From NCBI GenBank assembly GCA_963733035.1, contig CAVTBU010000008.1:288001-352000 (forward strand): 64,000 nucleotides of DNA, read 5' to 3'. The notes beneath the pieces were generated by a model. That model was not told where the DNA came from. It was given only the letters and a program-made list of their open reading frames with translations, and ran no database searches. The position numbers were made by a program, and so were the translations under genes. The number at the start of each line of letters is the position of its first letter. Position 1 is the first letter of the stretch. Below are positions 53,228 through 64,000 of the stretch, one piece after another. This DNA comes from Pirellulales bacterium. GTDB taxonomy: Bacteria; Planctomycetota; Planctomycetia; Pirellulales; PALSA-1355.

Positions 53228-54157
53228 CTATGAGAGTATCGGTTGGGGAACGGGTAACGTGACTTCTTCTTGTTTTCGCGTGTGCTGCTGGAGCGGAGGC
53301 GCAGCCGCAGCGGAAGCAGCACACGCGGCGGCGAACGACGCCGGGGTCTGGTAGCCGAGACTGCTGTGCGGCCGCTCGTGGTTGTGCTCCTGCAATCGCC
53401 GCCGCGCGAACCATCGCGCTTCAGCTAGGTTGGCGAACTCCTCGCAGTTCAACAGTTCATCGCGCAGCCGGCTGAAGAACGACTCGGCGTAGCCGTTCTC
53501 CCAGGGACTGGCTGGTTCGATATACAGCATCTCCAATCCTGCTCGTTCGCCGTGACGACGGATCGCCTGGGCAATGAACTCCGGACCGTTATCGCTGCGG
53601 ATGTGCCGCGGCACCCCACGCATCAGGAACAGACTCGTCAGCACGTCGACCACGCGATCAGCCGTAATGCCACGATCGACCTCCAAGGCCAAGCACTCGC
53701 GTGTGTATTCGTCGGTGATCGCAAGCCACTTCAACGGTTGTCCTGTCATCGTCCGATCGTGGATGAAGTCCCACGTCCACACGTGATCCGGATGCTCCGC
53801 GCGGCGCCGCACGCAACTGTTGCCGCTGTGGCCCAAACGCCGCTTTTTATGGGTCTTTCTCGGCACCTTGAAGCCCTCGCGTCGCCACAAGCGATAGATC
53901 TTCTTCACGTTCACGTGCCATCCTCGCTGACGCAGCTTGGCCCAGATGAAGCGGTAACCGTAACGCGGATACTCACACACCAGCTCGTGCATGCACGCCA
54001 CCAGACGCTGCTCGCCGGCAGTGTCTTGCCGCGCACAATAACGTTGTGTGCTTCGTGCCACGCCCAATGCTCTGCACGCCCGACGCTCGGATACACGGCA
54101 GCGATCCTGAACATGGCGAACCGCCGCCCGCCGCCGCGTCGGGCTCAGTAGTTTCCC
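53228..54157 (-). CDS. IS3 OrfB DDE transposase (-1 frameshift fusion to OrfA)
   Basis: WTWDF, TDEYTRECL, IRSDNGPEF, PWENGYAESF, RPHSSLGY; GGGAAAC slippery site at 54151-54157. Confidence 0.92.
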   Translation of the reverse strand, partial: GKLLSPTRRRAAVRHVQDRCRVSERRACRALGVARSTQRYCARQDTAGEQRLVACMHELVCEYPRYGYRFIWAKLRQRGWHVNVKKIYRLWRREGFKVPRKTHKKRRLGHSGNSCVRRRAEHPDHVWTWDFIHDRTMTGQPLKWLAITDEYTRECLALEVDRGITADRVVDVLTSLFLMRGVPRHIRSDNGPEFIAQAIRRHGERAGLEMLYIEPASPWENGYAESFFSRLRDELLNCEEFANLAEARWFARRRLQEHNHERPHSSLGYQTPASFAAACAASAAAAPPLQQHTRKQEEVTLPVPQPILS

Positions 54158-54423
54158 TCCAAGGCTTCCTTCAAGATCGCCTTGTCGAGCTCGGCCTCGG
54201 CCAGCAGCTTCTTCAGCCGCTTGTTCTCGCCTTCCAGCTCCTTCAGCCGCTTGGCCTCCTCGGCCTTCATCCCGCCGTACTGGTTCCGCCACCGATGGTA
54301 CGTCTGCTCGCTGATCTCCAGAGCCTGGCACACCTGGCCAATCGTCTTGTCCGCCGACAGCATCGCGTCCGCTTCACGCAGCTTCCGAATAATCTGCTCC
54401 GGCTTGTGCTTCTTGCCTTTCAT
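54145..54423 (-). CDS. IS3 OrfA
   Basis: EQIIRKLRE..ISEQTYHRWRNQYGGM..LKELEGENKRLKKL. Confidence 0.92.
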   Translation of the reverse strand: MKGKKHKPEQIIRKLREADAMLSADKTIGQVCQALEISEQTYHRWRNQYGGMKAEEAKRLKELEGENKRLKKLLAEAELDKAILKEALEGNY

Positions 54424-54561
54424 CGAGAGTCTCCTTGCCCAACAGGGCGTTAGGATCTCTCATACCACATGGACCAGTTTTCGGGGAGCAGGCCAAAGGA
54501 ATTTGCCAAGGCGACATCACGACTGACTTCAACAGCACGTCAACCTTTAAGGACTCTCCGC

Positions 54562-55131
54562 ATGCCCATCATTCACCGCTGTCTTTTCGCCGCCGCCTTA
54601 TTCGGATCGATCAGTTGGTCCGCGCCGGTAGCGGCCGAGATAATCGACTTCGGCTCGAGCTTTCAGCCGCTACCCTACGTCGAGGATGGTTTGACGTTTG
54701 CCAATCTCGGTACAAGTCCGGCAATCGTGGCAAGTGGCGGAGGTGACGCGTACCTGACTGCTGGAACGAATACTGACCCGATTCGCGTGCGAGCAACCGC
54801 TGCCGCACCATTCGACCTCGTATCGTTCGACATAAATAGTATCTTTCAAACGTGGCGCGTCGAGACTTCGCTGGGCGCTGTCTTGAACGTGACTGGTCCA
54901 GCCACGGTGGACTTCACATCGCAAAGCGGCTTCCAAGGTATCACGTACTTCGAGATTATCCACGATCCCGCGGAAGCAAACGGAACGATCTCCGTCGACA
55001 ACGTCGTGATCAACTACGTACCCGAACCGGACTCCTGGTGGCTGGTTTTGATCGGCGGAACTTGGCTGGTCGGCTGGCGGCTCCAACGCCGTCATAGCGA
55101 GCCACGCCAAAACATCGCTGCGCAACTTTAG
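54562..55131 (+). CDS. PEP-CTERM sorting-domain protein
   Basis: Signal peptide; VPEP, hydrophobic helix, RLQRR. Confidence 0.85.
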   Translation: MPIIHRCLFAAALFGSISWSAPVAAEIIDFGSSFQPLPYVEDGLTFANLGTSPAIVASGGGDAYLTAGTNTDPIRVRATAAAPFDLVSFDINSIFQTWRVETSLGAVLNVTGPATVDFTSQSGFQGITYFEIIHDPAEANGTISVDNVVINYVPEPDSWWLVLIGGTWLVGWRLQRRHSEPRQNIAAQL

Positions 55132-55189
55132 TCGCGGTTAAATCCCGAATTGAATCCCGGTTGTCCGCGTAGCCCAGTTCGATATTGCC

Positions 55190-56736
55190 TTAGGTTATGC
55201 CGAGCAGGCTGCACGCTTCCGCATGCCCAGGCGCCTCTCTGCCATATTCGCTCGCCGTAACGTGCGCAAGCGAAACCAAATGACGCCAGCGGAAGGCGGG
55301 TCGCGTACGGGCGAATTCTTCGGTGGTCGTACGATAATACTTTTCGGCGTGCAGCGCGCCGTCTTCACTCACGGCGTACTTCAATAACAGATCCATCACC
55401 GGCCGAGCGTCGTGACCCAGCTCACCGTAACGGTTCACCACGTTGCACGCCTGGGCCTGCAAATTGTCGCGAATCGCCGCATTGAGTTCCCCCAGCAGCG
55501 CTTCGCGGTCCGTGATCGTGAGCCGCTTCCAAGGCATATCGATTGGCAACGGCGGCAGATTCAAATAGTCGCCACCCCCTTGCATCCGATCACGCGCCAC
55601 CTGATAGGCCCCCAAGATCAGACAGGCAAACAGGTTGCGGGGGCTTCCCACCGACGCCATGTTCCGCCAGGCATTGGCCGAATCGCTGGCGTGCACGCCT
55701 ACCGAGTCGCCGTGCACGCTGCCAATCGGTTTGCCGGGCCATTCCTGACGGGCGGTGCGCCCCGTGTCGCGCAGCACCAATTGATTTGCAGCCAGCGCCA
55801 TCGCCTCGCCAATCGCGGCCGGCCCAAATCCTTCCGCCAGCGCGGCGGCCACCGCGTCTGCCGCCTGTTCAGGCGTCGAGCCAAAGATTGTCTGGCTCAT
55901 CGCATCAACCCAGGCATCGTCGGCCGCGCGATCGCCCGGGGTGCGTCCCGCCAGCCCGTGCGAGTCGAATGCCCCGGTCAGCACCTTACCCGTCTGGGCG
56001 CCGGTTGTTCCGCGACACAGTACCGCACCGATTGCCGCAGGAGCGTATGAGCGTGCTCCTCACCCACCAGGCTCAATAGCTCCCAAGCGCGATGCGGTAA
56101 CACCGTGCGATGCACCTGGGTGTCTTCTTGCACGGTGCACAGCAATTCATCAAAAGCCTCACGCGGCCCATTTTTGGCGATCGCGGCAAACGTGCGCTCG
56201 GCGAGTTCCACGTCCTTGGCATTCACCGCCGCGCGCAGCATTTCAGCGTGATTTTCGCCGGAGCTCAGCGCCGCGGGCTGCACGGGATGCAAAACTTCGC
56301 TCGCTCGTCCGCCATGCTCGCCAATGCGGTTGGTGTTGCGATAGAGCACCTTGAGAATCGGCAGCGCTTGCCGCGGTCCGCTCAATTCTTGCGACATCTG
56401 CCATGCCGGCGCGAGCGCCATCAGCGTGTGATAGCCAATATAGTCCTCACCGCCAAAGGTGCGGGCATTCGCCAGTGCCGCGGCCGCCACTAGCGATCGT
56501 AATTTCGTGCCGCGATTGAGCTCCTCGACGATCGTCGGCAACAGCTTCTCAAGGGGCGTCTCCTGCATCAAGACGACCAGCGGTTCGAGCGGTCCGAACG
56601 AGAGCGAATCCGCTTCGCCCGTCTCGCTTGCCCTGGCCAGCCCCATATCGCCGGCAAGTTGAGCGCCGACGCTGACTGCCAGCATTCCCTGTCCGACCGT
56701 GGAAAGAAACTTGCGACGCGTGCGTGCAGTTGTCAT
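55190..56736 (-). CDS. Tat-exported helical hypothetical protein, frameshift near 55985-56010
   Basis: TRRKFL signal; FGGEDYIGYH, SVHGDSVGVHASD, SEDGALHAEKYY; two ORFs abut. Confidence 0.7.
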
Positions 56737-56902
56737 GGCCGCCTCCTGGTATGAGAAGTTTGACCGGCAGCTATTGTAGCAGGCCGCGGCTCGGCCGCCT
56801 CACATTTGGCTCGCACGCTGGGCATTTACATCGGGGTCGCTTCTGAGTGGGTCCCCACCCATTCAGTGGGGAGGCCCTGTTGCTCGAGGCGCTAGTCGGC
56901 TC

Positions 56903-57146
56903 TCAACCCTGCATCGAATTAAGCAGCTTGCCCATGCTAATGCGGTCTTCGACGGCGTAGGCCAAATTCCGGTAGAAGTGGACTGTGGCGGCATTCGACG
57001 CCAACAGCTGCAGGCTGACCTTGGGGCATCCGAACTGCCGAAGTCCATGCTCGACGTGCGCCACTCAGGGCCGTGCCGATCCCTTGTCGTCGCACCTTGG
57101 AACTAACCGCGACCTAGTAGACCCAACCGCGATGTCCGTCGTACTC
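56903..57146 (-). pseudogene. YpeA-like GNAT acetyltransferase remnant
   Basis: EYDGHRGWVY*VAV..RRQGIGTAL/(frameshift)..GCPKVSLQL..N..HFY..YAVEDRISMGK; in-frame stop, frameshift, no 5' half. Confidence 0.7.
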
Positions 57147-57216
57147 GCGAAACGAGCGAATCTCAAGCGGTGTCACGGCTGCACCCATTTTTGACGCCCG
57201 CTATCCCAGCGTTTCG

Positions 57217-58266
57217 TCAAGCCGGCACGGCCACGCCGAGCTTTTCCGCCAATTGCACCAGTGCGTTCCAGTTCCCCTCGTCGAGCGGGATGCCTTCGGT
57301 GCTGCGTTGGGCGAAGTTGCGGCGCTCGGGGTCGCCGGGAAGCAGGATCTCTTCCACGCCTTCGATCCGTGGACAATCGCGGACGAACTCGGCCAAGCCG
57401 GCAATCTCCCGGGCAAAGTGCTCGCGGCCGCCCACGTGCCCCGGATCGATGAGCATCATGAAGACGCAGTTGCCGTTTTGCGTGATGGGCGTTTCGCGAA
57501 TGCAAACGCCGCCCGACAGAGCACCGGCGAAGATCTCGACCATCAGCCCCAGGCCAAACCCCTTATACGCCTGATCGCCTCCCATGGGGCGAATCGTGCC
57601 GGGTGGAGTCCCGTAAAGTAGATTCGGATCGTTCGTCGGTTTACCTTCGCTGTCGAGCAGCCAGCCATCCGGGCAGAGTTGGCCCGCGATACGCTTGACG
57701 CGCACCTTCCCCTCCGCCGTGGCGCTGGTGCCAAAATCGAGCACGATCGGCCCTCCGGGCGCGGGAGCCCCAATGGCCAACGGGTTCGTGCCGAGTCGTG
57801 GTGCCTTGCCGCCGGGGGGCGCAACGCGCCGCGCATGTCCGTGCGTGTTGACCATCACCATCGAGACCAGCCCGGCCTCGGCAGCCATCTCACAGTACTC
57901 GCCCAAGCGCCCAATGTGACTGCAATGGATGAGGGTACCAATTGCCAAGCCCGACTCGCGGGCCATGTCGATCAGTGTGCGCGTGAGACGCTGGGCCTGT
58001 GATTGTCCGAACCCCCAGTGGGCATCACCCACGAAGATCGTGGGAGTACGGCGAATGGCCGTCAACTCGGCGCCGGGGACGACCTCACCCTTGCGACAGG
58101 TGTCGAGATAGCTGGGGATGCGCATCACTCCGTGCGAGTCGTGGCCGCGCAGGTTGGCGTCGACCAGGCTGTGGCCCACCAGGGCTGCCTCCTCAGTTCC
58201 TAGGCCGCCGGCCGCAAGCAATTCGATGGCGAACGATTCCAGAACCTGGGGAGCAACGGTGGGCAT
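57217..58266 (-). CDS. Ldh_2 (malate/L-lactate/ureidoglycolate dehydrogenase) family oxidoreductase
   Basis: ANLRGHDSHG, HIGRLGEY, LGTNPLAIG, YKGFGL, LLPGDPE. Confidence 0.92.
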   Translation of the reverse strand: MPTVAPQVLESFAIELLAAGGLGTEEAALVGHSLVDANLRGHDSHGVMRIPSYLDTCRKGEVVPGAELTAIRRTPTIFVGDAHWGFGQSQAQRLTRTLIDMARESGLAIGTLIHCSHIGRLGEYCEMAAEAGLVSMVMVNTHGHARRVAPPGGKAPRLGTNPLAIGAPAPGGPIVLDFGTSATAEGKVRVKRIAGQLCPDGWLLDSEGKPTNDPNLLYGTPPGTIRPMGGDQAYKGFGLGLMVEIFAGALSGGVCIRETPITQNGNCVFMMLIDPGHVGGREHFAREIAGLAEFVRDCPRIEGVEEILLPGDPERRNFAQRSTEGIPLDEGNWNALVQLAEKLGVAVPA

Positions 58267-58332
58267 CGGGTTGCCTTCTTGGGCCGGGAGTGAACGGATG
58301 TCGCACCGGCCGCGGGCGTCGGACACGGGGCG

Positions 58333-59487
58333 CTAGCTGACTTCCACAAGCGCGGCCGCTACGTGCACGCTTCGATCGCGTCCGCCGGCCTTTGCGCGAT
58401 ACAATGCGCGGTCGATTTCGCGAATGAATTGGCGCCGCGAATCGTTCTGCGTGGGCACAATTGTGCCAGATCCGACGCTCACTGTCACGTAGGGGCTCAG
58501 GCAGGAGTCGGGGTGCGGAATCCGCAGGTCCTTTACGCAAAGTCGAATCGTTTCGGCGATTCTCGCGGCATCGCGATCGCCCGTGTTTGGGAGCACCGCG
58601 GCAAACTCCTCACCGCCAAAACGCGCCACAAAGTCACCGGGTCGCCGCAACGCCTCGTGAATCGCCTGGGCAATCGTGTTCAAGCAGCGATCGCCGGCGG
58701 CATGCCCGATCGCGTCGTTGTACTGCTTGAAGTAGTCCACGTCGAGAATGATGATCGACAGGGGCAGTTGCGTGCGCTCGTGTCGTTTCCATTCCTGTTC
58801 AGAGACCTGATCGAAATACCGGCGGTTGGGAATGGCGGTGACTGGGTCGGTGGTCGCCTCGAGCGCGAGGTATTGGTTCGCCTCGCGAAGCGATTGCTGC
58901 GTGCGAAACTCGAAGTTGCGCGATACCCACACCATCACCGACACAATCGCCAGGAACGCCAGAAAGCCGGTGTAGCTCAGAATCTCGTCCGCAAACGGTG
59001 TCAGTTCGGTCGGTGGCAGCCAGCCGTTGTGTTGTGCGATCACCAATCCCGTCACGGACACCGCGCTGGCTGCCGTCCAGAATCCGCCCGACCGCGTGCC
59101 CGACAACATCAGCGCGAACACCGGCACGACGGCATACCAGGGGGTAATCGGTGAGCGAATGCCGGCCGAGTAGACCGCCAACGCGTTGAACACACCCCAC
59201 GCCACGAGGCACAGGGTATTTCCACAGAAGGACAGTGCCTCGGTAGCCCTCAACGTTAACAAGTTGGCGAAGACCAGGGGGACGGACCAAATCAGAATTT
59301 GGCCGCAGGTGGGCGCGCCTAGGAGGATTGCGAGCAGCGCGAACGGCGGCCCCCAGACCGCCAGCGAGAAGTGAAAGATCACCAATCGGCGAGCTTCGCG
59401 CAGCCGCATGCCGTCCCGCCGCAAGCGTGACGGAATGAACAGGACGTCGCTCAGGCGAATGATCCACTCCAAAAAATGACTCGCCAC
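58333..59487 (-). CDS. Membrane-bound diguanylate cyclase
   Basis: Several TM helices; TDPVTAIPNRR, DVDYFKQYND, RPGD I-site, RFGGEEF; start uncertain. Confidence 0.9.
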   Translation of the reverse strand: MASHFLEWIIRLSDVLFIPSRLRRDGMRLREARRLVIFHFSLAVWGPPFALLAILLGAPTCGQILIWSVPLVFANLLTLRATEALSFCGNTLCLVAWGVFNALAVYSAGIRSPITPWYAVVPVFALMLSGTRSGGFWTAASAVSVTGLVIAQHNGWLPPTELTPFADEILSYTGFLAFLAIVSVMVWVSRNFEFRTQQSLREANQYLALEATTDPVTAIPNRRYFDQVSEQEWKRHERTQLPLSIIILDVDYFKQYNDAIGHAAGDRCLNTIAQAIHEALRRPGDFVARFGGEEFAAVLPNTGDRDAARIAETIRLCVKDLRIPHPDSCLSPYVTVSVGSGTIVPTQNDSRRQFIREIDRALYRAKAGGRDRSVHVAAALVEVS

Positions 59488-59799
59488 CCGTCGGCTCTCC
59501 CCTACTACTCGCCGGAACAATGTCGCTAGTAAGTATTTAGCATTCTGGCAGCGACTCGGTTGTGAGTCGCGGGCGCAACCGCGGTCATCCAGGGTCGGAA
59601 TGCCGCAATGCGGCTTTCCTGCGGGCGATTTTTCAGCGGATTTTAGGGCGCATCGCGTCGTTCGAGTCGTAGCGGTCGTCCGGAACACGATCGAGGCCGT
59701 GTTGGCATGTATCGTTCGTCCAAATGAGGACCTGCTGGCGCCGCAAGCTAGGTTTGTCGATGGAGGTTGCCTGTTGAACCGCTTGGCCGGAGAAAACCG

Positions 59800-60387
59800 A
59801 TGCAATTGACTTGGCCCATTCGCCACCGCCGCTTTCCAGTGGTATTTTCGTGTCTGATCGGGGCGATCCTGTGCCACGCTGCGGCCCGCGCAGACCAGTG
59901 GTTCGAACTCGACGGCAAGGCATTGTCGACGTTCGAGATCGAAGGCTCCACGCTGCCCACGACAATCAAACAACTCAAGGATCGCTTTCCTGCCGCTGAA
60001 ATCGAACCTGAGCGAGTCGACCAGTCGGTCGGACTCACGTGTTATCTGGTGAAAAACCTGCCGTCAGTCGACGCCGCGCGGTTTTATTTCTGCGACGGAA
60101 ATCTCTACCAGTTCGAAGCGCAATACAATCTTGATCGCGTTGAAAAACTGGGTGGCACGCGCTCGGTCGTTCAGAAACTTGTCGATACCTGGGGGCCGGT
60201 CGACCATGCGGGCGAGCGTCGATGGACCTGGATGCGGAATATGTACTCGCGCCGGGCCGATTTCTATGCCTGGCCCGAATTCGCCAAGCTGACGATTACC
60301 GACACGTCCTGGATGCCGATCGTAAACCGCCGGATTCTGCAGGCCGAGGCAAAACAGCCGATGAATCTGGGGTTCGAGTCTCGCTAG
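59800..60387 (+). CDS. Secreted hypothetical protein
   Basis: Signal peptide ending AARA; GGAG RBS. Confidence 0.65.
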   Translation: MQLTWPIRHRRFPVVFSCLIGAILCHAAARADQWFELDGKALSTFEIEGSTLPTTIKQLKDRFPAAEIEPERVDQSVGLTCYLVKNLPSVDAARFYFCDGNLYQFEAQYNLDRVEKLGGTRSVVQKLVDTWGPVDHAGERRWTWMRNMYSRRADFYAWPEFAKLTITDTSWMPIVNRRILQAEAKQPMNLGFESR

Positions 60388-60794
60388 CATGCCTAGCCCG
60401 ACCGATTGCCATTGCCGGCGGGCGGCGGCGTGCTATACTTGGGGGGTAAAGTTGTAGCGAGAGCGGCCGAGTTTTAGGGCCGTTTTTAATCGCTCGGCCG
60501 TTTTCGGCCGAAGCTGACCGCGCCAGACGCGGACGCGATTTGGTCTCGTCACACTTTAGTGGTAGACGAGATCTTCTTTTCCACCATGCCGCACTTCGGG
60601 CTTGAGGTCTATCCCCATAGCCTGCACACCGCGGCCAATGCCTGCGAATGGCGACTTGGTAGAGCTTTGGCGTGCGCGCTTTTTTGAGCTGGCGCCCCGG
60701 CTCGGTCTCCGTTCCGGCCCGACAAGACACTCGGCTTCGGGCTTCAAGTCCGCCGCCGCGGTCTAGTTCCTCATGCAGTAGGAAGTGTTTGTAG

Positions 60795-62174
60795 ATGAAG
60801 TTTGCAGAAATGGGATTGAGCGAAGCATTGTTGAAAGCCGTCGAACACGAGGGCTATACAACGCCGACGCCGATCCAACAACAGGCGATCGGTCACGTGC
60901 TGGCGGGTCGCGACGTGCTGGGGGTCGCCCAAACCGGCACCGGAAAGACGGCGGCCTTTGCGCTGCCAATTCTGGACCGCCTGGCCGCCAGCGGCGTCAA
61001 CAACCAGCGCGGCCGCAAGGCCCGCGTGCTGGTGCTATCGCCCACGCGTGAACTGGCCACGCAAATTGCCGCTAGTTTTTCCGTCTACGGCCGGCATACC
61101 CGGCTACGACAGACGGTGATCTATGGCGGCGTAAGCCAGAACCCGCAAGCCAGGGCCGTCCGCGATGGAGTCGACATTATTGTCGCCACCCCCGGACGTT
61201 TGATGGACCTGATGAGCCAGGGGCTGGTCACCTTGTCTGGTGTCGAGATTCTCGTCGTCGACGAGGCGGACCGGATGCTCGACATGGGATTCATTCGCGA
61301 CATTCGGAAGATCGTGGCCAAGCTTCCCACGAAGCGACAAACGCTGCTCTTCTCGGCTACCATGCCCGCGGATATCCGCCAATTGGCTGACAGCATCTTG
61401 AACAAACCGGTGCGCGTGCAAGTGGCGGCCAAGAATGCCGCGGCTGATACCGTCGAGCAAGCCGTCTATTTCGTCCAAAAGCGAAACAAGCCGACCTTGC
61501 TCAAACACGTAATCGAAACGTACGAGATGACCCGCGTGATCGTGTTCACACGCACCAAACACGGTGCCGACAAAGTGGCTCGTAGCCTGTCGAAGACCGG
61601 TATCCGTGCCGAGGCGATTCACGGCAACAAGTCGCAGAACGCGCGGCAACGCTCGCTCTCGAATTTCAAATCGAGCAGGCCCCCAGTGCTGGTTGCCACG
61701 GACGTCGCGGCCCGCGGGCTCGATATCGACGAAGTATCGCATGTCGTGAACTTCGATCTACCCGACGTGGCGGAAACGTACGTGCACCGCATTGGTCGCA
61801 CGGGCCGCGCCGGAGCGAGCGGCGTGGCCGTTTCGTTTTGCGATCACGACGAGCGGGAATGCTTACGCGACATCGAGAAACTGCTTGGCAAGAAGACGCC
61901 CGTTCTTGACGACCACCCGCAGTACCCGGAGGCAACGCTCCTTCTACAGTCTGCCAATGGGCAGAGCGGCCGCAAGCCGAAGGGTCGTGGGCCTCGCCCC
62001 GAACGCAAGCCACATGCCGATGGGCCCGTCGACGGACGCCACCGTTCGCGGCGGCGGCGGTTCGCCAAGTCCGGTGCCAAGGCCAACTTCGCCGCGGGCG
62101 CCGCGCCGGCAACCACCGTGACGACCAAGGCCAAGAAAACGAAGAAGCCCGCCAGCCACACGACGATGTGGTAA
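60795..62174 (+). CDS. rhlE: DEAD-box RNA helicase, RhlE-like
   Basis: [31 protein letters not shown]; basic C-terminal tail. Confidence 0.9.
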   Translation: MKFAEMGLSEALLKAVEHEGYTTPTPIQQQAIGHVLAGRDVLGVAQTGTGKTAAFALPILDRLAASGVNNQRGRKARVLVLSPTRELATQIAASFSVYGRHTRLRQTVIYGGVSQNPQARAVRDGVDIIVATPGRLMDLMSQGLVTLSGVEILVVDEADRMLDMGFIRDIRKIVAKLPTKRQTLLFSATMPADIRQLADSILNKPVRVQVAAKNAAADTVEQAVYFVQKRNKPTLLKHVIETYEMTRVIVFTRTKHGADKVARSLSKTGIRAEAIHGNKSQNARQRSLSNFKSSRPPVLVATDVAARGLDIDEVSHVVNFDLPDVAETYVHRIGRTGRAGASGVAVSFCDHDERECLRDIEKLLGKKTPVLDDHPQYPEATLLLQSANGQSGRKPKGRGPRPERKPHADGPVDGRHRSRRRRFAKSGAKANFAAGAAPATTVTTKAKKTKKPASHTTMW

Positions 62175-62297
62175 GCCGGACCGATCGCCAATCACCATAA
62201 TCGTGCCCCGATCGGCTCGTTCGATCGGGGCACGTGTCGTTTGCATCGGACATTCCCCCAACCATAGCCCGCCGGTGATACGTTGATGTCGCTTTGT

Positions 62298-63998
62298 CTA
62301 GCGAGCGTCAGCTTTTCGCAGAGCACCAACATCCACCCGCGGGCGTTGCGGTAACATAAGGGCCGCATGGCAATAAAACGGATACACGCTCCACTCGACA
62401 ACGGCGATCAGGTCAGCCCAGCCGTCCCCGTCGAAGTCACCAACCCAGGGATGCGGGCCGTGTGCGGTGATGTTGATCGGTTCGCCGAACAGTCGCATCG
62501 TTTGCGGCGCGGCGAAAATCGGATCGGTTTTCGAGCCCACGTTTTTGAGCAGATACATGCTGCCGCCATCAAGAATACCCGAGGGTCCGCCAGCGCAGCT
62601 GTAGATCAAATCCAACAGGCCGTCCCGGTCCCAATCGACCGCGCAAAAGCTTTCAGTCCAGTGCGCTTTCCGATTAACAATCCGATCGTCGATCGGTCGA
62701 CCGTCCTGGAGCTTCAATTCCTGGTCTCGCTTCAGGCGCAATTTGCCGTCTTGGTGGCGATACTGCACGAACAACGTGGCGTGCCGCACGGAGCCGTCTT
62801 GCGTCACCAGGTCAACCAGGCCGTCCCCGTTGAAATCGGCAAATGCCGGACCGGTGCGCCACAGGAACGGTCGTTCTTTCTCCAACGGATAGACGCCGTT
62901 GTTGGATTTTGGATCGGCGGCGCGCGTCGCCGACAATTGCCTCAATTCCTCTGAGTCTGGGTAGCTGTCGCACACAATTTGTGAGCGCTCGCCAAACTCG
63001 GGACAGCCGGGCTTGCCGATGTTCCTGTACCAAAAAATGCGGTTAGTCTCGTTCCCCATCATCAGGTCCCGCAAGCCGTCGCCGTCCCAATCGACGAAGT
63101 CGGGCATCGGGTAACCCATGTTGTGCCAACTGTCGGGCGGACCCAACAGTTCATTTCGCAGCAAGCGAATTGGTTCTCCGGCGACCAGGATCTTTTGTGG
63201 CTCGGCATAGGCCGGCGCGGCCGACGTACCTTCGTTGATCACGACGCGAGGCCAACCATACCCACCACCGACCAGCAGATCGAGATCGCCGTCGTCATCC
63301 CAGTCCACCGCGCAAGGTCGCGCCTGATCGCTCAGCGACATGATCGCGCAAACCGAACCGGCGCGTCCGATTCGCTCAAAACGCGGCGACTCGACCTCCA
63401 TGGGTTGATAACGAAATACGGAGATCTCCTGCGCCGAGTCATGTTGGATAAGCAATCCTTGGTCGTCAACCCGACGGTAGGAAGCGATGGTGCTGACCTC
63501 TTCAACTTCGAAGCCCGCTAGGCGATTTTTCTCGCCGAATTGCAGGGGATCACGTCCGAGATTCCGAAGCCAAACGAGTTGACCGTTGTCGTCGCGAGTC
63601 ACTGCGTCGAGCACCTCGTCGCCGTCGAGGTCCAGAAAACAAGGCTCGTCACCGATGCCGAGCGGCGTTTCCGCGGCGGGTTCGAACGGCCAACCCGTTC
63701 TCGACTGATTGACAATCAACCGCCCTTCGACAACCAGATCGAGTTTTCCGTCGCGATTCAGGTCCACGGCGCGGCATGCCCGCCAGGCGCTCCCGGAGAT
63801 TGGAAACTCCAGCGACGATTCAAAAACGGGCATGCCCGACACTTCGACGCGACCGCTATGTAAGTAAAAGGCAACGCGGCCGCGATGCGCACAAGCGACG
63901 TCCAGTCGGCCGTCACCGTTGAAATCAGCAAATGCCGTCGAAACGTAGTTCGGGTACTGGCGAAAATAGTCGGGCTTTGCCGTCGCGCCGGCTGCCAG
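62298..63998 (-). CDS. FG-GAP/VCBS-repeat protein, 5' end outside window
   Basis: Repeated DWDxDGxxDL motifs; frame stays open to the window end (AFADFNGDGRLDV). Confidence 0.85.
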   Translation of the reverse strand: MAAGATAKPDYFRQYPNYVSTAFADFNGDGRLDVACAHRGRVAFYLHSGRVEVSGMPVFESSLEFPISGSAWRACRAVDLNRDGKLDLVVEGRLIVNQSRTGWPFEPAAETPLGIGDEPCFLDLDGDEVLDAVTRDDNGQLVWLRNLGRDPLQFGEKNRLAGFEVEEVSTIASYRRVDDQGLLIQHDSAQEISVFRYQPMEVESPRFERIGRAGSVCAIMSLSDQARPCAVDWDDDGDLDLLVGGGYGWPRVVINEGTSAAPAYAEPQKILVAGEPIRLLRNELLGPPDSWHNMGYPMPDFVDWDGDGLRDLMMGNETNRIFWYRNIGKPGCPEFGERSQIVCDSYPDSEELRQLSATRAADPKSNNGVYPLEKERPFLWRTGPAFADFNGDGLVDLVTQDGSVRHATLFVQYRHQDGKLRLKRDQELKLQDGRPIDDRIVNRKAHWTESFCAVDWDRDGLLDLIYSCAGGPSGILDGGSMYLLKNVGSKTDPIFAAPQTMRLFGEPINITAHGPHPWVGDFDGDGWADLIAVVEWSVYPFYCHAALMLPQRPRVDVGALRKADAR

Positions 63999-64000
63999 TC

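Larger units (their letters stand above)
53199..54495 (-). mobile_element. IS3-family insertion sequence (1297 bp) with AAGG target duplication
   Basis: Imperfect TG..CA inverted repeats (TGACCTGCCCCTGA..TGGTCCA / TGGCCTGCTCCCCGA..TGGTCCA); AAGG at 53195-53198 and 54496-54499. Confidence 0.93.

Overview
GC-rich chromosome segment from a planctomycete, probably Pirellulales-like. The assignment rests on LE(D/E)RxLL export motifs, PEP-CTERM, a short 5S rRNA and a 23S-5S unit with no 16S. Left part (1-29.5 kb): HU, Rrf2, a MacAB-like exporter, STAS, a YtrA-GntR/ABC operon, an Nramp/His-rich lipoprotein cluster, and four large surface proteins sharing one unnamed ~200-aa C-terminal module. Centre (29568-45529): a ~16-kb element integrated in tRNA-Phe(GAA) with exact 44-bp att repeats. 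It carries an atypical tyrosine integrase, Xis, a primase-helicase, a 16-bp x8 repeat and an Ogr/Delta-like Zn finger, but no recognisable capsid, terminase or conjugation genes (satellite-like). Its cargo holds the most striking signal: a DUF6338-like membrane protein followed by five short, RBS-bearing, Pro/Lys-rich peptide genes with shared motifs, most missed by the ORF track. Right part: iscS-iscA, 23S-5S rRNA, an IS3 copy with TSD, PEP-CTERM, Ldh_2, GGDEF, RhlE and a partial FG-GAP protein. About nine genes have small-indel frameshifts that look like assembly errors. All family assignments come from motif recognition, not database searches.
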